A DNA stretch of 64,000 bases from Octopus sinensis (Eukaryota), in contig NC_043010.1 in assembly GCF_006345805.1 (NCBI RefSeq), positions 56,234,001 to 56,298,000 on the forward strand, written 5' to 3'. Every line of letters begins with the position of its first letter. Position 1 is the first letter of the stretch. The notes under the pieces were generated by a model, which worked only from the letters and a program-made list of their open reading frames with translations, had not been told where the DNA came from and made no database searches. Both the position numbers and the translations under genes were made by a program. Below are positions 27,294 to 41,514 of this stretch, one piece after another.

Positions 27294-28173
27294 ATATATT
27301 ATAATATAATATAAATAATATATATATTTATAATATAAATAATATATTTATTATAAATAATATATATATATATATATATGCATATACATACATATATGTA
27401 CATACTTACATATATGTATATGTATATACATATACATATGCATGTATGAGTACAGTACGTCATAAAACGTAAACAACAGGAAATACGAGATACGAAAACA
27501 TGGAATACGAACATTTTTTGCGAACATCGAAAGAAACAAATGGAAAGCAAAACAAGTAACATAAAGAACGACTCTTCGTCAGTTGTTGGCTGTTTTAGTA
27601 GATGGTGGTGATGGTGGTGGTGTTTGATTACCCTAGGATAAGAGATGGGAGGAGATGATGACTGATGGGAATGAATGAGGCCAGAGGAGGAGGGGGAAGA
27701 GGAGTACGAGATAAACGAAACAACACAATCGACAGGTGAAAAATAACTAATCAACAGTGGCGGTAGGAGGGCGGATTTGGTTGCGCGCGCGTGTATATAT
27801 ACACACATACACACTCATGCATATACATATACATACTACATATTCACATGTAAACACACAAGTATAATTCACACTATTCAATCCACTTTCTCTATTTCCA
27901 GGCAATTTCGTGGCATGTGGATCCCTCGATGTGGTCGTCTTCCAGTTTTGGACTTGAGATGCCAGATGTCGTTGTGGCTGTATTAACCGTGACCTCTCCA
28001 GTTTCTGCTAGATCTAAGAAAGCAAAATTCCATGTTCCGTTTCCTGTATCTAAAGTGATATCAAATACCTAAATTTTAAAAAATACTTTCAACCCAATAT
28101 GGGGGACATTTTATTTTACTGCTTTGGACTGTCGACGGATGAACTAGAAAAGTCGTAATTGGGGACATAAATG

Positions 28174-28610
28174 GGATCTCCTCAGTTTGGCTCACAGATT
28201 TTTTCTTTGAAACTAAACAGTTTGAGACTTCGTTTACTGGTGTAATTTCTCACGCTGAACACGGTTTACTTTTAACAGCTTTGACAAAATTTCGTATTTT
28301 AGAAGTTATTTCGTAATACAGTTGTTGTATTTGGGTCTTTTTAAATAATCAGCGACGTATATTCAGCTGAAGAAACTGCTGTTGCGATAGTAATCGAAGA
28401 GCAACATTCAGTAGAGATGACCCGAAAGATGATTGGTTAAAATTACCCAAATATGACAACTTTAACTCGAGATAACTTCTTAAATACGAAATTTTACCTA
28501 AAATATTGAAAGTAAACCGTATTCAGCGTAAGAAATTACACCAGTATACAAAGTTTCAAACTCTTAAAAAATAATAATCAAAAAATCTGTGAGACAAACT
28601 AAAGAGATCG
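28174..28610. mobile_element. MITE with long (~170 bp) TIRs starting GGATCT and 8-bp TSD (Merlin-like)
   Basis: TSD cataaatg (28166-73) / tataaatg (28611-18); arms reverse-complementary (ctcacagattttt...tactggtgtaatttct / agaaattacaccagta...aaaaatctgtgag). Confidence 0.8.
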
Positions 28611-28750
28611 TATAAATGTCTCAGATTAAGACGGAGGAACCCAAAAGGAAAGTTGAAATGATAAATTGTCGGAAACAACAAAGGCACGATGTTGTAAAAA
28701 GGTTCTCGTATTTTATTAAAAATTATATATTACGGACAATTCATTACACA

Positions 28751-28811
<61 letters not shown>

Positions 28812-29189
28812 ACGTATACACACACACACACATATACACATACATATATATAGACAGACAGACAGAGTTTCTAAGGTTTTATCAAGTGTTCAAACACTGA
28901 CCTCACTCTCACTGCCACGCTCTCCCATCCCCACACCTCATCACGCTAATGTACGCTACACCAAACCATCACCATCATCATTTATGTATAAACTGTCATT
29001 GCTGTCTTCTGCTCAAACGGAACCCGTACACGCAGCATCTTGTTACCATGACTACCATACACCTCAGTCAATGTGGACATCAACAGTTCAGACGTGATTG
29101 AAGGAGAGTTTCATGTGAAACATGAAACCATCTTCCACGTGGTTCTCCCAGTTGATGATAGGCGAAGGGGTGTTGTGGGAGACGTTACT

Positions 29190-29312
29190 GCGGTGATGGT
29201 GATGGGAGTAGTGGCGGCGGCGGCGGCGGTGGTGGTGGTGGTGGTGGTGGTGGTGGTGGCGGCGGCGGCGGCGGCGGTGGTGGTGGTGGTGGTGGTGGTG
29301 GTGGTTTTGGTG
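29190..29312. repeat. (GGT)n/(GGC)n compound microsatellite
   Basis: Direct reading. Confidence 0.9.
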
Positions 29313-29735
29313 GTGATTGTTATATGTGTCTTGTTAGTGTGAAAGCAGTGGTGATGATGAAGTGGTGGTGTTCAGTACGTTTCGCCAAGAAGTGTTTATC
29401 ATTCAGATGTCATTCCAGGTGGTGTTGGCGTAAGAATGTATATGCATACATATATACACAACATTATCTGCGTGTATATATATATATATATATACGTGTA
29501 TCATAGCGAAATCAACATATAAAACCCTTGACAACGTCCCTTTCTGTGATATGCTGTGGACCCGTGTGTGTGTGTGTGTAGGTGCGTGCTGCATGCGTGT
29601 GTGTGTGTGTGTGCGTGTGTGTGTGTGTGTGCGTGTGTGTGTGCGTGTGTGTGTATGTGTGTACAGGTATGCAATCTAACATTCTACAATTCGGTGATAT
29701 AAGGTGACAAGAGCTGAATCATTCACTTTGCTGTC

Positions 29736-29999
29736 GCCGCCATGTTGGATCTGTAATGCAAGATTGATTTTCATATGAACGATAATGCATCTAATGTGGA
29801 GTCAAACTAACTGTGACCTTTCTAATCTTTCAGGAAATCTTACACGACCAACCGGAAGTTGTTGTCGCCCCACAGAAGAGGTTTCTAGTTGGCCGCCATT
29901 GTATCAACAGATCAGAGAAGGATTAAAATTGTCAGCTTGAATTTTACAGATCAGTTGAGTCATGTCTTCTACGGCTGAAGTGACGTCAAAACCACGTGG
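29736..29999. promoter_or_regulatory. Dense TF-motif cluster (YY1 x2, ETS, AP-1, CRE, E-box): candidate enhancer/promoter
   Basis: GCCGCCATGTT 29736, ACCGGAAGT 29851, GGCCGCCATT 29891, TGAGTCA 29956, TGACGTCA 29981, CCACGTGG 29992, all in unique sequence. Confidence 0.45.
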
Positions 30000-30311
30000 T
30001 TTCATCTGAGTTGGCCGTATGGGGTGGTGGGGGGAGTGTAAGTCTTGGAAATGTGATGGAGAGAGAAATAAGGTGAGCACAGAGAGAGAGGGAGAGAGAA
30101 AGAAAGAGAAAGAGAGAGAGAGCAATCACTAAACACTAAGAGGTACAAGGGAAGTGAGTTAAGTAGAAGAAACAGTTGGAAATTGGAATAAATTGGTTTA
30201 TTTGGCTGACTCAGCCCATCAATGGTTTCCTCTGATTTCACTGTTTACTGGGTTAAGTAGAAATGGACTGACATATATGTGTGTGTATGTATATATATGT
30301 AGATATATATG

Positions 30312-30368
<57 letters not shown>

Positions 30369-30409
30369 CATATATACATATATACATATGTATACATACA
30401 CACACACAC

Positions 30410-30440
<31 letters not shown>

Positions 30441-30441
30441 C

Positions 30442-30500
<59 letters not shown>

Positions 30501-31639
30501 CAGAGAGAGAGAGAGAGAGGATGGAGTGGAAGCAAACCTACATATGCGCATATACTTACCGAAATACACACACGTATACATAATGAACGTGTATGTGTAT
30601 ATATTCCATGCAAGCATATACAACATAGACACATATACACTTACACATACGCACATATTTTTTTCCACTCTTAACCAACTTTGGTGTTCAGCAGGATTCC
30701 ATTTTATTCCCTTCTGCTCATCAATGAAACCATTACATCCAATAACTCCCATTCTTATAGAGAGGAGACATACTCTCCGTTCAACCTTCAACTTTCCCAA
30801 CCATGCATCATTCACATGTAACCTGGACACTACATGCCAAACGTACACTGATTCAACAAACAGAGGAAGCCTCTTCCAGTCGGAATCAGTGAGTTTAGTC
30901 TCCTTCAATAAGAAAACACAATCACTACTCATATCATGAAAGTATAATCACACCACATCTCCATTGCATATAAGAAGCATGCAACCAGCCCTCTCACAAT
31001 TGCTCCTAACGCAAAGTCGCACTAGGACTGAGGATATCTCCTAGAGAAAGGGTATCCTTAACATGGCTAGGACCACATCTCATACACTGACTGCCCTTTT
31101 TTTTCTCTAGAAACAGAAAATAAAATATCTTCTCAGACTTTCAATAGACTATGAGACTGATATCGCTGGCGTTCCGTCTAATCTGTTGTAAATCAACAAA
31201 TACAGGAAAACCGTGGAGAGAGAGAGAGGGGGGAAATAGCAGTGAACTGAAGACGTCCTTCGGAGGGGGGAGTAAGGAGCGGCTGTGGTGGTGAGTGTAT
31301 AATTTGGCGGTGGAGGTGAGATATAACATGGCTCATAAGCAGCCATTGTTATAGCTGTTGCAAAAACAAAGAGAGGAAACATAGTTCGCCTGGATAAACG
31401 TTGAAATGAATCGGTAAATACTTACCAACCCAGGAGCCTCTCCCTGTTCACAGGTTAAAACGAGTGAGGTTGATAACCACAGGAGTACTGTCGTAGATAG
31501 TGGGACTGAACAGCAGTGGGAGTTTTATTTGAGATTTGTTGAAGATTAGGAGATGTTAGGGGCTTTATATTCGAGTCGTCAAAAGAAGGGTCAGTCTTAA
31601 TGATGCAACCAATGTTTAAGAAAGTGATGTGTTAACAAA

Positions 31640-31975
31640 ATGAAATTGAATGAGAAATGGCAGCAATACATGACAAATGAATGTCTTTATGGAGACCAAC
31701 TGAAAGTTAACGAGGAGATCAGGCAAAGGTGGCTACGGCTGTCTGGTCACTGCGTGTGCCACCCTGATCCGGAAGCATCCAAATGAGTCTTGTGGAACCC
31801 AATTCATGGTGTTGTAAAATGAAGAAAATGTCGACACACATGGATAACTTGATTGCAGACGCTGGCCTAGAATGCATCCAGGACATCGAGGCAATGATGG
31901 TGAACAGAGAAGTGTGGCGGGTAGCCTGTTGCTGCGATCCGGGATGGAACTCGATCATAATAATAAATAATGTTG
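31640..31975 (+). mobile_element. RTE-clade LINE 3' end
   Basis: WQQYMTNECLYG..KV.EEIRQRWLRLSGHCVCHP..ASK*VLWNPIHG..HMDNLIADAGL..MMVNREVWR, then a short (TAA)n tail. Confidence 0.75.
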
Positions 31976-32379
31976 ACGACCAAAAGAGACAATCGAGACA
32001 ACTGAACGTTTCTCATTTGCTCATCCAAATATTCAGAAGCCCTGAACGGGTTTGTTAGGGACTTCGAAGGAAAAGCAAAAACTTACCTCAGTAAGATTTG
32101 AATTACAAGTACAACTCACTTTTGCCAAACGAGTTGAAAGGAGCAACAGGAAATAGAATGTCTTGCTCAAGGAGCACAACGTACCGCCGGGAAATGAATT
32201 CACGATCGAGAGCCGAATACCCGAAACACTAAGCAACACGCCCTCACACACATTATTATAATACAAACATTCATATGTATATATATATGTATGTATGTAT
32301 GTATATATAAACATACATAAATACAGAGTGCGTGAGATATTTGAGGACAGATTTATGTTTATATAAAAAAACACAGATA

Positions 32380-33161
32380 TATAATAACAGATAATTTTAC
32401 CAAAAAATGCTATGAGGACAAAACTAAACCTTCTTTTCTATAATGTCATTCAATAAAGCCACCTTCAGCTTCAACAACTGCTTCTAAATGAGATCTAAAT
32501 CATCTACATGCTCGAATCAAGTGATCCTAGTTCATTTTGAACATTACTCTGACTATGGCAGCTTTCAACGAATCTTTGGTGTTATGGTCGAAGTTTTCCT
32601 CGTTTGAGAAAAAACCAAATCAAACCTTCTGCTGGATTTTTCAGTTTGTTTAAAAGCCTTTTAGATCTGATGTGATTTTTCTCGGCTTTTTCTGACAAAT
32701 TGATATTTCCTCATCATATAAGACTTATATCTGATGTCTTCGTGGACAACATATGTCTGACTGTTCCTTCTGACACATGGAGATCTTTTGCAACTGACCC
32801 ATGACTTTCTGGATTGTAATCAATGGTCTGTCGAATTTCTGGATAAATCCAGGTGTTCTGGTGATTTCAGAGCGTTTATAGAATGCTTTTTATGCTTTGA
32901 TACTGGTGACATGTTTCCACCTTCAGTTTCTAGCTCCTTACAAACTTTGTAGACCAAAGATCTGGCAACTTTTAAGAATCGAGATATTTCTAAATCGCTA
33001 TGCTCAGCCTTTATACCAACAATAACAGCCTGCCTCTTCATTTCTTGCGCAAGCTGAGGGTCTGTCATTATTATTTTCTGGTACAAAGATTATACAGTTA
33101 CCAAAAAATGCAGCAATGACCCAAATAGGGTATGTCTTCAAATACCTTACGCAACCTGTAT
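32380..33161 (-). mobile_element. Tc1/mariner (maT-like) element, internally deleted, with transposase N-terminal HTH
   Basis: ORF 32820-33086: MKRQAVIVGIKAEHSDLEISRFLKVARSLVYKVCKEL; TA|caggttgcg terminus at 33161. Confidence 0.65.
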
Positions 33162-33198
33162 ACACACAACACACACACACACACACACACACACACCA

Positions 33199-33265
<67 letters not shown>

Positions 33266-34287
33266 ATATAATATATGCGTACATAGGCATACAGATGTGT
33301 ATGTAAGTGTATATGTTCGTTATAATTTATTTTTTCCAAATATTTGAAACCACCACCATCACCATCATCGCCAAAAATTAAATAAATAAATCCTCCATCT
33401 TTACATTTAAGATATTTGGCGGATTTCTTCAGATTCGTTTGAGTTTCGTTTTATTTTCAAATGTCTCTTCGTTTTACCGTTCCTTTAAATACGCACGCAT
33501 TCATACACACACATACATATACATAAACAGACACACACACAAACATACCATTATATTCCACTAAATATGATTCCCCACCCCACCCACCTTCAATTGAGCC
33601 GCTGCTAATTACTCAGCACAGGAAAATAGTTTCTTCATAATTGTGCGATATTTATTCCCGTAATTACGATAAAAGCTCAATTTCTCCAATTAAAAGATCC
33701 ATTTTTGATATTAATTAACTCGGACATTCTTTGTTAAGTTGTTTACTGATACATCGAGAGTATTTTGGGGTTCGTAATATTTCGGTTGTTTCCGTACATC
33801 AACGGTTTCCATGTTGCGATGTATGTAGACAGCAACACATTTGCACTAAATGACCTTGTTCTTCTGCTTCGACATTTTCTCTGAAGGTTTTGCTGCTAAA
33901 AACACAATCGTCTCCGAAGAAAACAAGATCGAATATCTACATTCAATATGGCTACAGTTTCGATATCTTTAACGTCTTCCTTCATATTCGATATACTTAT
34001 TTATTACACGCAACACACACACACGTGTGTGTGCGAGTGCGCGCACCCCCCCCCCCACTGCGCCGCCCATTTCGCTGCCTGAAGCTGCTCTAAACCAGTG
34101 GAGCGCCCCAACCTTTCATAGTTTCCTTACAACATGATAAATGAGTTGAAAAGTTCACCTCTGTTGTATTAAACTTCTCGAGTTTGGACAAGCAAACACT
34201 CCACCCTCCCCAACTCACCCAAATAAATAGATAGGCATGTATGTATATATAAATCACATGCAGTTAAATGTGTGCGCATGTCGGTGC

Positions 34288-34324
<37 letters not shown>

Positions 34325-34514
34325 CGTAATAATGTTACGTGAATGCGTTATGTACATTCATTGCAGAAACCAAATTTTATATACATGTGATTAAATATGC
34401 ACATGTATATGCACACGTGTAGATGTATATATATTATAGAATTTAACAAAGGTACACACATATATATATATACGTATGTATAAGTGCGGAAGCGTGTGTG
34501 TATGCATGAATATA

Positions 34515-34551
<37 letters not shown>

Positions 34552-34755
34552 CTCTTTCCTTCTCTGTCCCCACCCCACCACCTCTACCCATTCTTGTCTC
34601 CAATGTTTTAATCAGTTCCGAGATGAATCTGGTAATCTCTCAACAACCGACCCTTTTCGGTCTAGGAACAAATTTTGACAGAGGTGCCGCTGCCCCCTCT
34701 CTACTGAGTTTGCTGTATGAATATGGGCGAGCAAAGATGCGTGCATATATAATAT

Positions 34756-34796
<41 letters not shown>

Positions 34797-35054
34797 AGCT
34801 TACTTGCATTTCAGCATACATATGTACAACATATCACTTTTAATTGTATAATTTCATAGCGTCTATCTGCATGCCGATGCACGAATGCGGAGAGTATGTT
34901 GTTATGCCAACAAATAAACTCTGTGAAGCACCCACGTGGTCAGTTAGTGGAACTGACTGTTGTAGCTTGCCTTTTTTTTTCACAACCATCGGAACGCGAG
35001 ATGGTTGTGATATACTAAACTGTTTTGAATAGGAACTCGAAAGCGAAGAATGAA

Positions 35055-35160
35055 CACGCAATGCGCATGTGCACACTGAATTCATAAAACGGAAGAGAAG
35101 AATGAAAATGCAGTGCGCATGTCAAAGTAAAACGGAAGCGGGGAATAAAACAAGTCACAT
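35055..35160 (+). promoter_or_regulatory. Candidate TATA-less promoter: NRF1-like TGCGCATG x2, ETS CGGAAG x2, E-box GTCACATG
   Basis: TGCGCATGTGCA 35062, CGGAAG 35090, TGCGCATG 35114, CGGAAGCGG 35133, GTCACATG 35154; immediately upstream of an ATG and a splice donor. Confidence 0.55.
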
Positions 35161-35170
35161 GATGGTCGGC

Positions 35171-35249
35171 ATGCCACGTCTGACAGCACTATCACGTAGC
35201 TTTGCTGTAATTTTCTTGCTTCTGCAATCTTTTGTTCATCGAGAAGTCA
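35171..35249 (+). CDS. Candidate first coding exon encoding a signal peptide (MPRLTALSRSFAVIFLLLQSFVHREV); in-frame ATGs also at 35159/35162
   Basis: Basic N-region plus hydrophobic core; canonical phase-1 donor a/GTAAGT at 35250; preceded by promoter motifs. Confidence 0.5.
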
Positions 35250-36687
35250 GTAAGTTCAAGTCTAGAACTCTTCAGCTCCACCAGACAATAAGGAACAAAG
35301 CTGCAAAGTAAATATCAACTTCTCTTCATTGAAGTGAGTGCGTTTTGACAAAGCAATGTCACATGTGACACACATGACACAACATACACAGGGAATATTT
35401 GCTGAAATAACGGAAGAACAAGATGTGTTGTACAAATACAACAATACACCTTTTAATTACCTGTGGGAAGGGGACGAGTACTACACCGGTGCTGATCGTG
35501 GCCTGATAGATCTGCACGGTTGAGGTTCCGGTTGTGGTGTTACCTGGAACGATAAACAATACTTGGCAATGATGGTACAATAACCAATCATTGTTCGATG
35601 CTGGTCTGATCGAAATGGAACAATTCTGTGACTGAATCTTGTTCTCATGTGGTTTCATTTTACCCTTACTTGTTTCTATCAAGTAACTTGTGGAACAACT
35701 TAGCGTGGCCTTCATTATCTCAGAGAAATACAGATCGTCCTATATTTAAAATCGTACATAGCTAGTAGCCATGCAACCCTTCTGCTAGGGACTTCCCGTC
35801 CAAGACTGGGTGGTGGAGTCGGAGAATGATATGGAAATGATAATAATCTGTCGGTCCATCCTCCCATTATCAATTTTCATTGCAAGCTTTCCGAATTCCA
35901 AGTTTGAAGGTTCGAGCCAAGCTCCCTGCATTGTCCTTGGAAACGAACTGAAACACGTTAAATACCGAATGCTCTGTTGACAACTATACCAACATGGATG
36001 AAAGAAATTGAGTTCCGCTGTATTTGTTCAAATTATTTTATGGAAGCCCTTCATTGGTGAGGATTTTCTGGAATATTGTTAGTGTTTTAGTTTTTTTCTG
36101 GCCAAACTATCAACGAGGAATAATATTGATATCAAACATCAGAGCTAATTATTTATTTATTGTTAATTGCAATTCCATCAATTCGGTCGTCGATCATCTC
36201 ATGTATTTTGAATCCAAAAAGTACATTTTTTATGACTTGGGTCACAGTCATAACCAGGCATCGGTATTTTGATGCTGCTTAGAAGCGTTGTACTGTACCT
36301 CTGTAGCCTGCTAATACTAGAACCCATCATTGCAGCCATTGAAACAGAAGTATAGGCACCTTGTCTTCTGATGAGAATGTGATCAGTTTGGTTAGCGACC
36401 AGTGATTGTCCATATAGGAACTGATAGAATTCATGATTACCTAATATAATAAAGGGACTGGTATGGGGTCCTGGCGACGGAGAGCACTGATGGACCTGGT
36501 TTTCTCTATGCATGATAACGTCTTTGGGGCCACTAACCTGAGATGACCCCACGAAGCAAGAGCGAGGCGAATATAATTGACAATACCTGTTTATCGAGTG
36601 GATATTGCATTCAATTCAATTTTACATTGTAATTCAACCGCTCAAACGTGACCAAATTTGAAGGCAATCAATTGGGTGCCAAACTAT

Positions 36688-36777
<90 letters not shown>

Positions 36778-36789
36778 GTCTAACTCAAA

Positions 36790-37120
36790 TCATACCCAAT
36801 GGTTTATGCGGGGTCTGAGGAAGACAAATATTGTGTACTTTGGTGGAAAGGAAGTTTGTTGGTCAAACTTTGTAGAAGACATAAATGTAGGTGTGGAAGT
36901 TTCTGGTATAAGAGGCAGAAAAGTGTTGGGGTCCAGAATTTTGTGGGCATAGATACCGAATCCTTTGTCTTCGTTGGAGATAAATTTTCATTTCTTTATT
37001 GACAGAAGTTAGACCTCACTAAACTTACATCAATTTATCTCCAGTTATTTCTGAGCCTACAAGATCCTAGTTTTTATTTGACTGCCACAAGGCAAGTCGT
37101 AGTGTATCCTGGTTACTCAG
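36790..37120 (-). mobile_element. Decayed LINE RT C-terminal fragment (clade uncertain)
   Basis: Minus-strand NLSPTKT...LPFHQSTQYL resembles the RT domain 6-7 region (L.LS..KT...LP....YLG). Confidence 0.3.
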
Positions 37121-37516
37121 CCACACCATTGAATGAACTCATGTTCCTTTATCAGTAAACAACAACACAGCAACAGTTGGAAAAACACGAGCGGAAGGTA
37201 GCTGAGCATTTTTGAATTTTAAAAGACTGGGTTACCTATCATATCCTATCGTCCACTCTATTTTAGTTTATAGGGAATAAATATAGAAAGTTCCATATAG
37301 AATATTCTTCAGGGGAGGAATTTAAAAAATTTAACGAGGAAACATGGCGCTACTTTCACATTTAAAAGAAACAAAAAAAAACAAAAAAAATTATCTAAAG
37401 TGAATTCCAACTTCAGCTGCAAGATTTTAAAGTTTCTAATTCTGTTTGTCCTTGATTTTTTTCAAGTTCAATTTATTGAGAATATCGTCACTTCTGCACC
37501 CGCATCGTTCCTGCTA

Positions 37517-37551
<35 letters not shown>

Positions 37552-38169
37552 TATGTAGAGAGAGAGAGAGACGTGGATGTGTGTGTGAAGGGACGTGGAT
37601 GTGCGTGTGTGTATACACAAATATTATTGCAACAATCAAATAAATACAAGCATATATGTATCCCTATTTATTCACACACATACATGTTATATACTCAGTG
37701 TGGTGAGTATATATGTTTAATCAATGAGTATATGTCAATATTCAGCTGAAGTAATTTTGTTGAAACTTCCATGTATTGTGACCTGTGGGGTGGGGGGTGG
37801 GGGTGGTGGCAGTGATAGGGATTGTGGAGGCGGTAGTGGTGGTTGTGGTGTGTGAGAAAAACATCCAAATTTAATCAAAAACTGTAAAGTGGAGAAGAAA
37901 AATTGATTGTGACTTTTAATCTTAGTCCAAGTTAGGAACTCAATATATCCCTATTGGTGTATATAACGTCGCTACACACGCACACCCACACACATACAAA
38001 TACAAACACGCACATACACATACACACACACATACAAAAACACACACGTACACACACGCGCGCATTCATATAATATGCAGACACTCAGACACTCGCTCTC
38101 TACCAGAGTACAGTTCGTTAATACCAATGTGTGCGTATACATATATGTGTATGTGTGTATGTATTGGTT

Positions 38170-38238
<69 letters not shown>

Positions 38239-38292
38239 CCCGTAATATATATATGCTTATATACATAAACACTTAATACAACGTGTGCATAT

Positions 38293-38365
<73 letters not shown>

Positions 38366-38390
38366 TACAAATATTATATACATACATGCA

Positions 38391-38438
<48 letters not shown>

Positions 38439-38898
38439 TGCATGTATGTATATAATATTTGTATATATGTATAAGCACTTTATTTAATGTGCGTGTCTGC
38501 ACGTGCGAGTGTATGCAGATCTTTACCAAAATAAAATGAAAGCTGGTGGTTAGCTGCTATCTTTTTCCCATCTCTGCAAAAGAGATACAAAGACCTTACG
38601 ATCCTTATTTACTCTTGAAACGGGAGTTTTAATCCCGAAATATTGAAATATAAGGTTAAATGTAAACTGTTTCTAAATTCCTTTCTATGCCGACTTTCTA
38701 ATACCATTTTCACAATTCTATTTCCCAGCGTCTTATATAAACCAATCTTCTCGCAGATACTGTATTTTCCCAGGGTTATTTGGAACGCACGCTGTTTGTG
38801 TTTTTCACTTTTATTGCAAATTAATTAATTAGTTCACTAATTAGTTAACCCTCACTCCACTGTCTCTTTCATGTGTGAGTTTGGGTGTGAGCGCAAGG

Positions 38899-39284
38899 GA
38901 GGGAAGCACTCCGTCGGTTACGACGATGAGGGTTCCGATTGATCCGAATCAACGGAACAGCCTGCTCGTGAAATTAACGTGTAAGTGGCTGAGCACTCCA
39001 CAGACACGTGTACCCTTAACGTAGTTCTCGGGGATATTCAGCGTGACACAGAGAGTGACAAGGCCGGCCCTTTGAAATACAGGTACAACAGAAACAGGAA
39101 GTAAGAGTGAGAGAAAGTTGTGGTGAAAGAGTACAGCAGGGATCACCACCATCCCCTGCCGGAGCCTCGTGGAGCTTTAGGTGTTTTCGCTCAATAAACT
39201 CTCACAACGCCCGGTCTGGGAATCGAAACTGCGATCCTATGACCGCGAGTCCGCTGCCCTAAGCACTGGCCATTGTGCCTCCAC
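38899..39284 (-). mobile_element. Full-length tRNA-derived SINE family C with 13-bp TSD
   Basis: TSD tgtgagcgcaagg at 38886-38898 and 39285-39297. Minus-strand head gtggaggcacaatggccagtgcttagg...gtttcgattccc. Related copies at ~32010-32250, 54955-55250 (head) and 57760-57990. Confidence 0.9.
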
Positions 39285-39969
39285 TGTGAGCGCAAGGACA
39301 TTATTTAATATAGATACATCGATAAAATCAAAAAGGAAAAAATGATCTGGAAGACGCCCAGTGTCAGAGCGCACCTTTGATGCAAATCTGATCAAGTTCC
39401 ACTCAAATATCTGAAACCGCAAATATTATTTTCACTTAGTATTTTAGCGTAAACTGACGTTGGAAGCAGACTTGGGAGAGAAACAAATATAACTGGTCAT
39501 TAAAAATGTGTTAAAGTGTTTCTTTTGTCTTATGGTTTCGACTATATAAATATATATTCACTATATACATATTTAATAGGTGTAGAAACATATTCAATCT
39601 TTGAGTGTATAACACGCCGCGCCTCCATTTCAACCACCAATTTTTAAAGACCTCCTACCCTCTCTCCCCAAACCCCGTCACATTATCTTCAACTCAAACC
39701 AACAAAAACAGTTTTTAAGCTCTCCTTCCGACCAATTCCTTCCCCTTCTCCACCTCCCTTTCTATCTCTCCTACTTTTCCTCCAACCCCTCTTACTCCAC
39801 TCCTCCTACTTCACCCCCTCTTTCCCCACCGCCACCTCAACATTCTTAAAAATTATTTCGGACGTTTATTTCTTTGACTTTTTCTCACTACTTTTTATTC
39901 CGTTCTCATCTTTGCTCTTATTGTTACCGTGCGTGTGTGTGTGTGCGTGTGTGTGTGTGTGCGTGTGTG

Positions 39970-40011
<42 letters not shown>

Positions 40012-40449
40012 CTGTGTGTGTGTGTGTGTGTTTGTGTGTGCTGTGTTTGTGTGTGTGAGTTGTGTGCAAATAACAGTACCCTTCACTTCCCCTCACTCAT
40101 TCTCTCTCTCTCTCTCTCAGTCACTCACACACACACACACACATACAAACAAACACACAAATGTCGACCAGTTTGACATCAGGGTGGAAGACAAGCTCCC
40201 TTTCTCTCCCCAACGTTATTACCGTCTTATCTCTGCCACCGTCTTTATTACTTCGCTAACACACTCTCCACTTTCTCACCCGGCTTTTATTTCCCTCTTA
40301 AATAAAACGATGGTGTGTGAGTGTGTGTGTGTGTGCGCGCGTACGCGCGTGTGTGTGTATTATATATAAATTTATAGACTTAGGAAGATATGCATAGGTA
40401 TATGTAAAAAATAATTTGTTTATATGTCTTCGTATGTATCTTATACACA

Positions 40450-40495
<46 letters not shown>

Positions 40496-40552
40496 TACAT
40501 ACATACATACATACATACATGCATGCATACATACATACATTCACATGTATAG

Positions 40553-40651
<99 letters not shown>

Positions 40652-41514
40652 ATACATACTATTAACTTTTTAACTGCTTGCTGTTGTTTTTCCCTCTGTA
40701 TATTCTCTTTCTCCTCGTCTAATACAAACATTCACCAGAAAGTGAGAAAAAAACGTTCTAAATACGTCAAAAACCTCTGAAAGTCTGAGAGAAGAAGAAA
40801 TTCTGACTGTTTTCTGACTCCAAATTGGATAAAATATTCTGAGAGTGTTGGGAGCAACCGACATTGTGTGTTGTGTGGAGTCTATTGTAGAAAGGATGAC
40901 ATAAAAAAGAAAAAGAAAAAGAAAGCAAGCAACAATTCTATTATTTATGGATGCCTGATTCAATTTAGCAATTACAACACATGGTTTCACTTAGCTGATC
41001 TGCTTTCTATTACAGCCACATGTGATGTTGTCTGGGTGGGGATTGGGGTGGTGGTGGTGGTGGTGGTGATGGTGGTAGTGATGGTGCAGAATAGCTTCTC
41101 ATGTAGCTGTATCACTGCTACATGTGGTGATACAGGAGTATGGTTTCTGATGTAGTTGTACTACTACTACTACTACTACATGTGGTGTAATATGGTGCCT
41201 AATTCAATTGTACTACATTCAAACTGATAGTGTTTGTGCTTCATTATAATTTCTGAGACATGAATACAATAGCCACATGTTTTCTTTTTATGGTGAGGCA
41301 ATGTACTTTTTGATGACAACCTACATCAGACACGTGGTGCCACTCCTGAAAAACTCTAGCAGTCACAGAGGACATGGAGCTATTGGCAGAATAACTCTTC
41401 AATCACCACTGTGGCTACATGTGACCTAACTCATTGGGATACCTTCTGCCCATGTGGCAACTTTGCTGCTCAAATCTAAACAAATATAAAAATTAAATAT
41501 ATTAAAACATCATA

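Noticed and set aside
39200-39284. tRNA genes at SINE heads (also 9314, 54955)
   Set aside because: A/B boxes run into repeated SINE bodies with no complete cloverleaf; these are SINEs.
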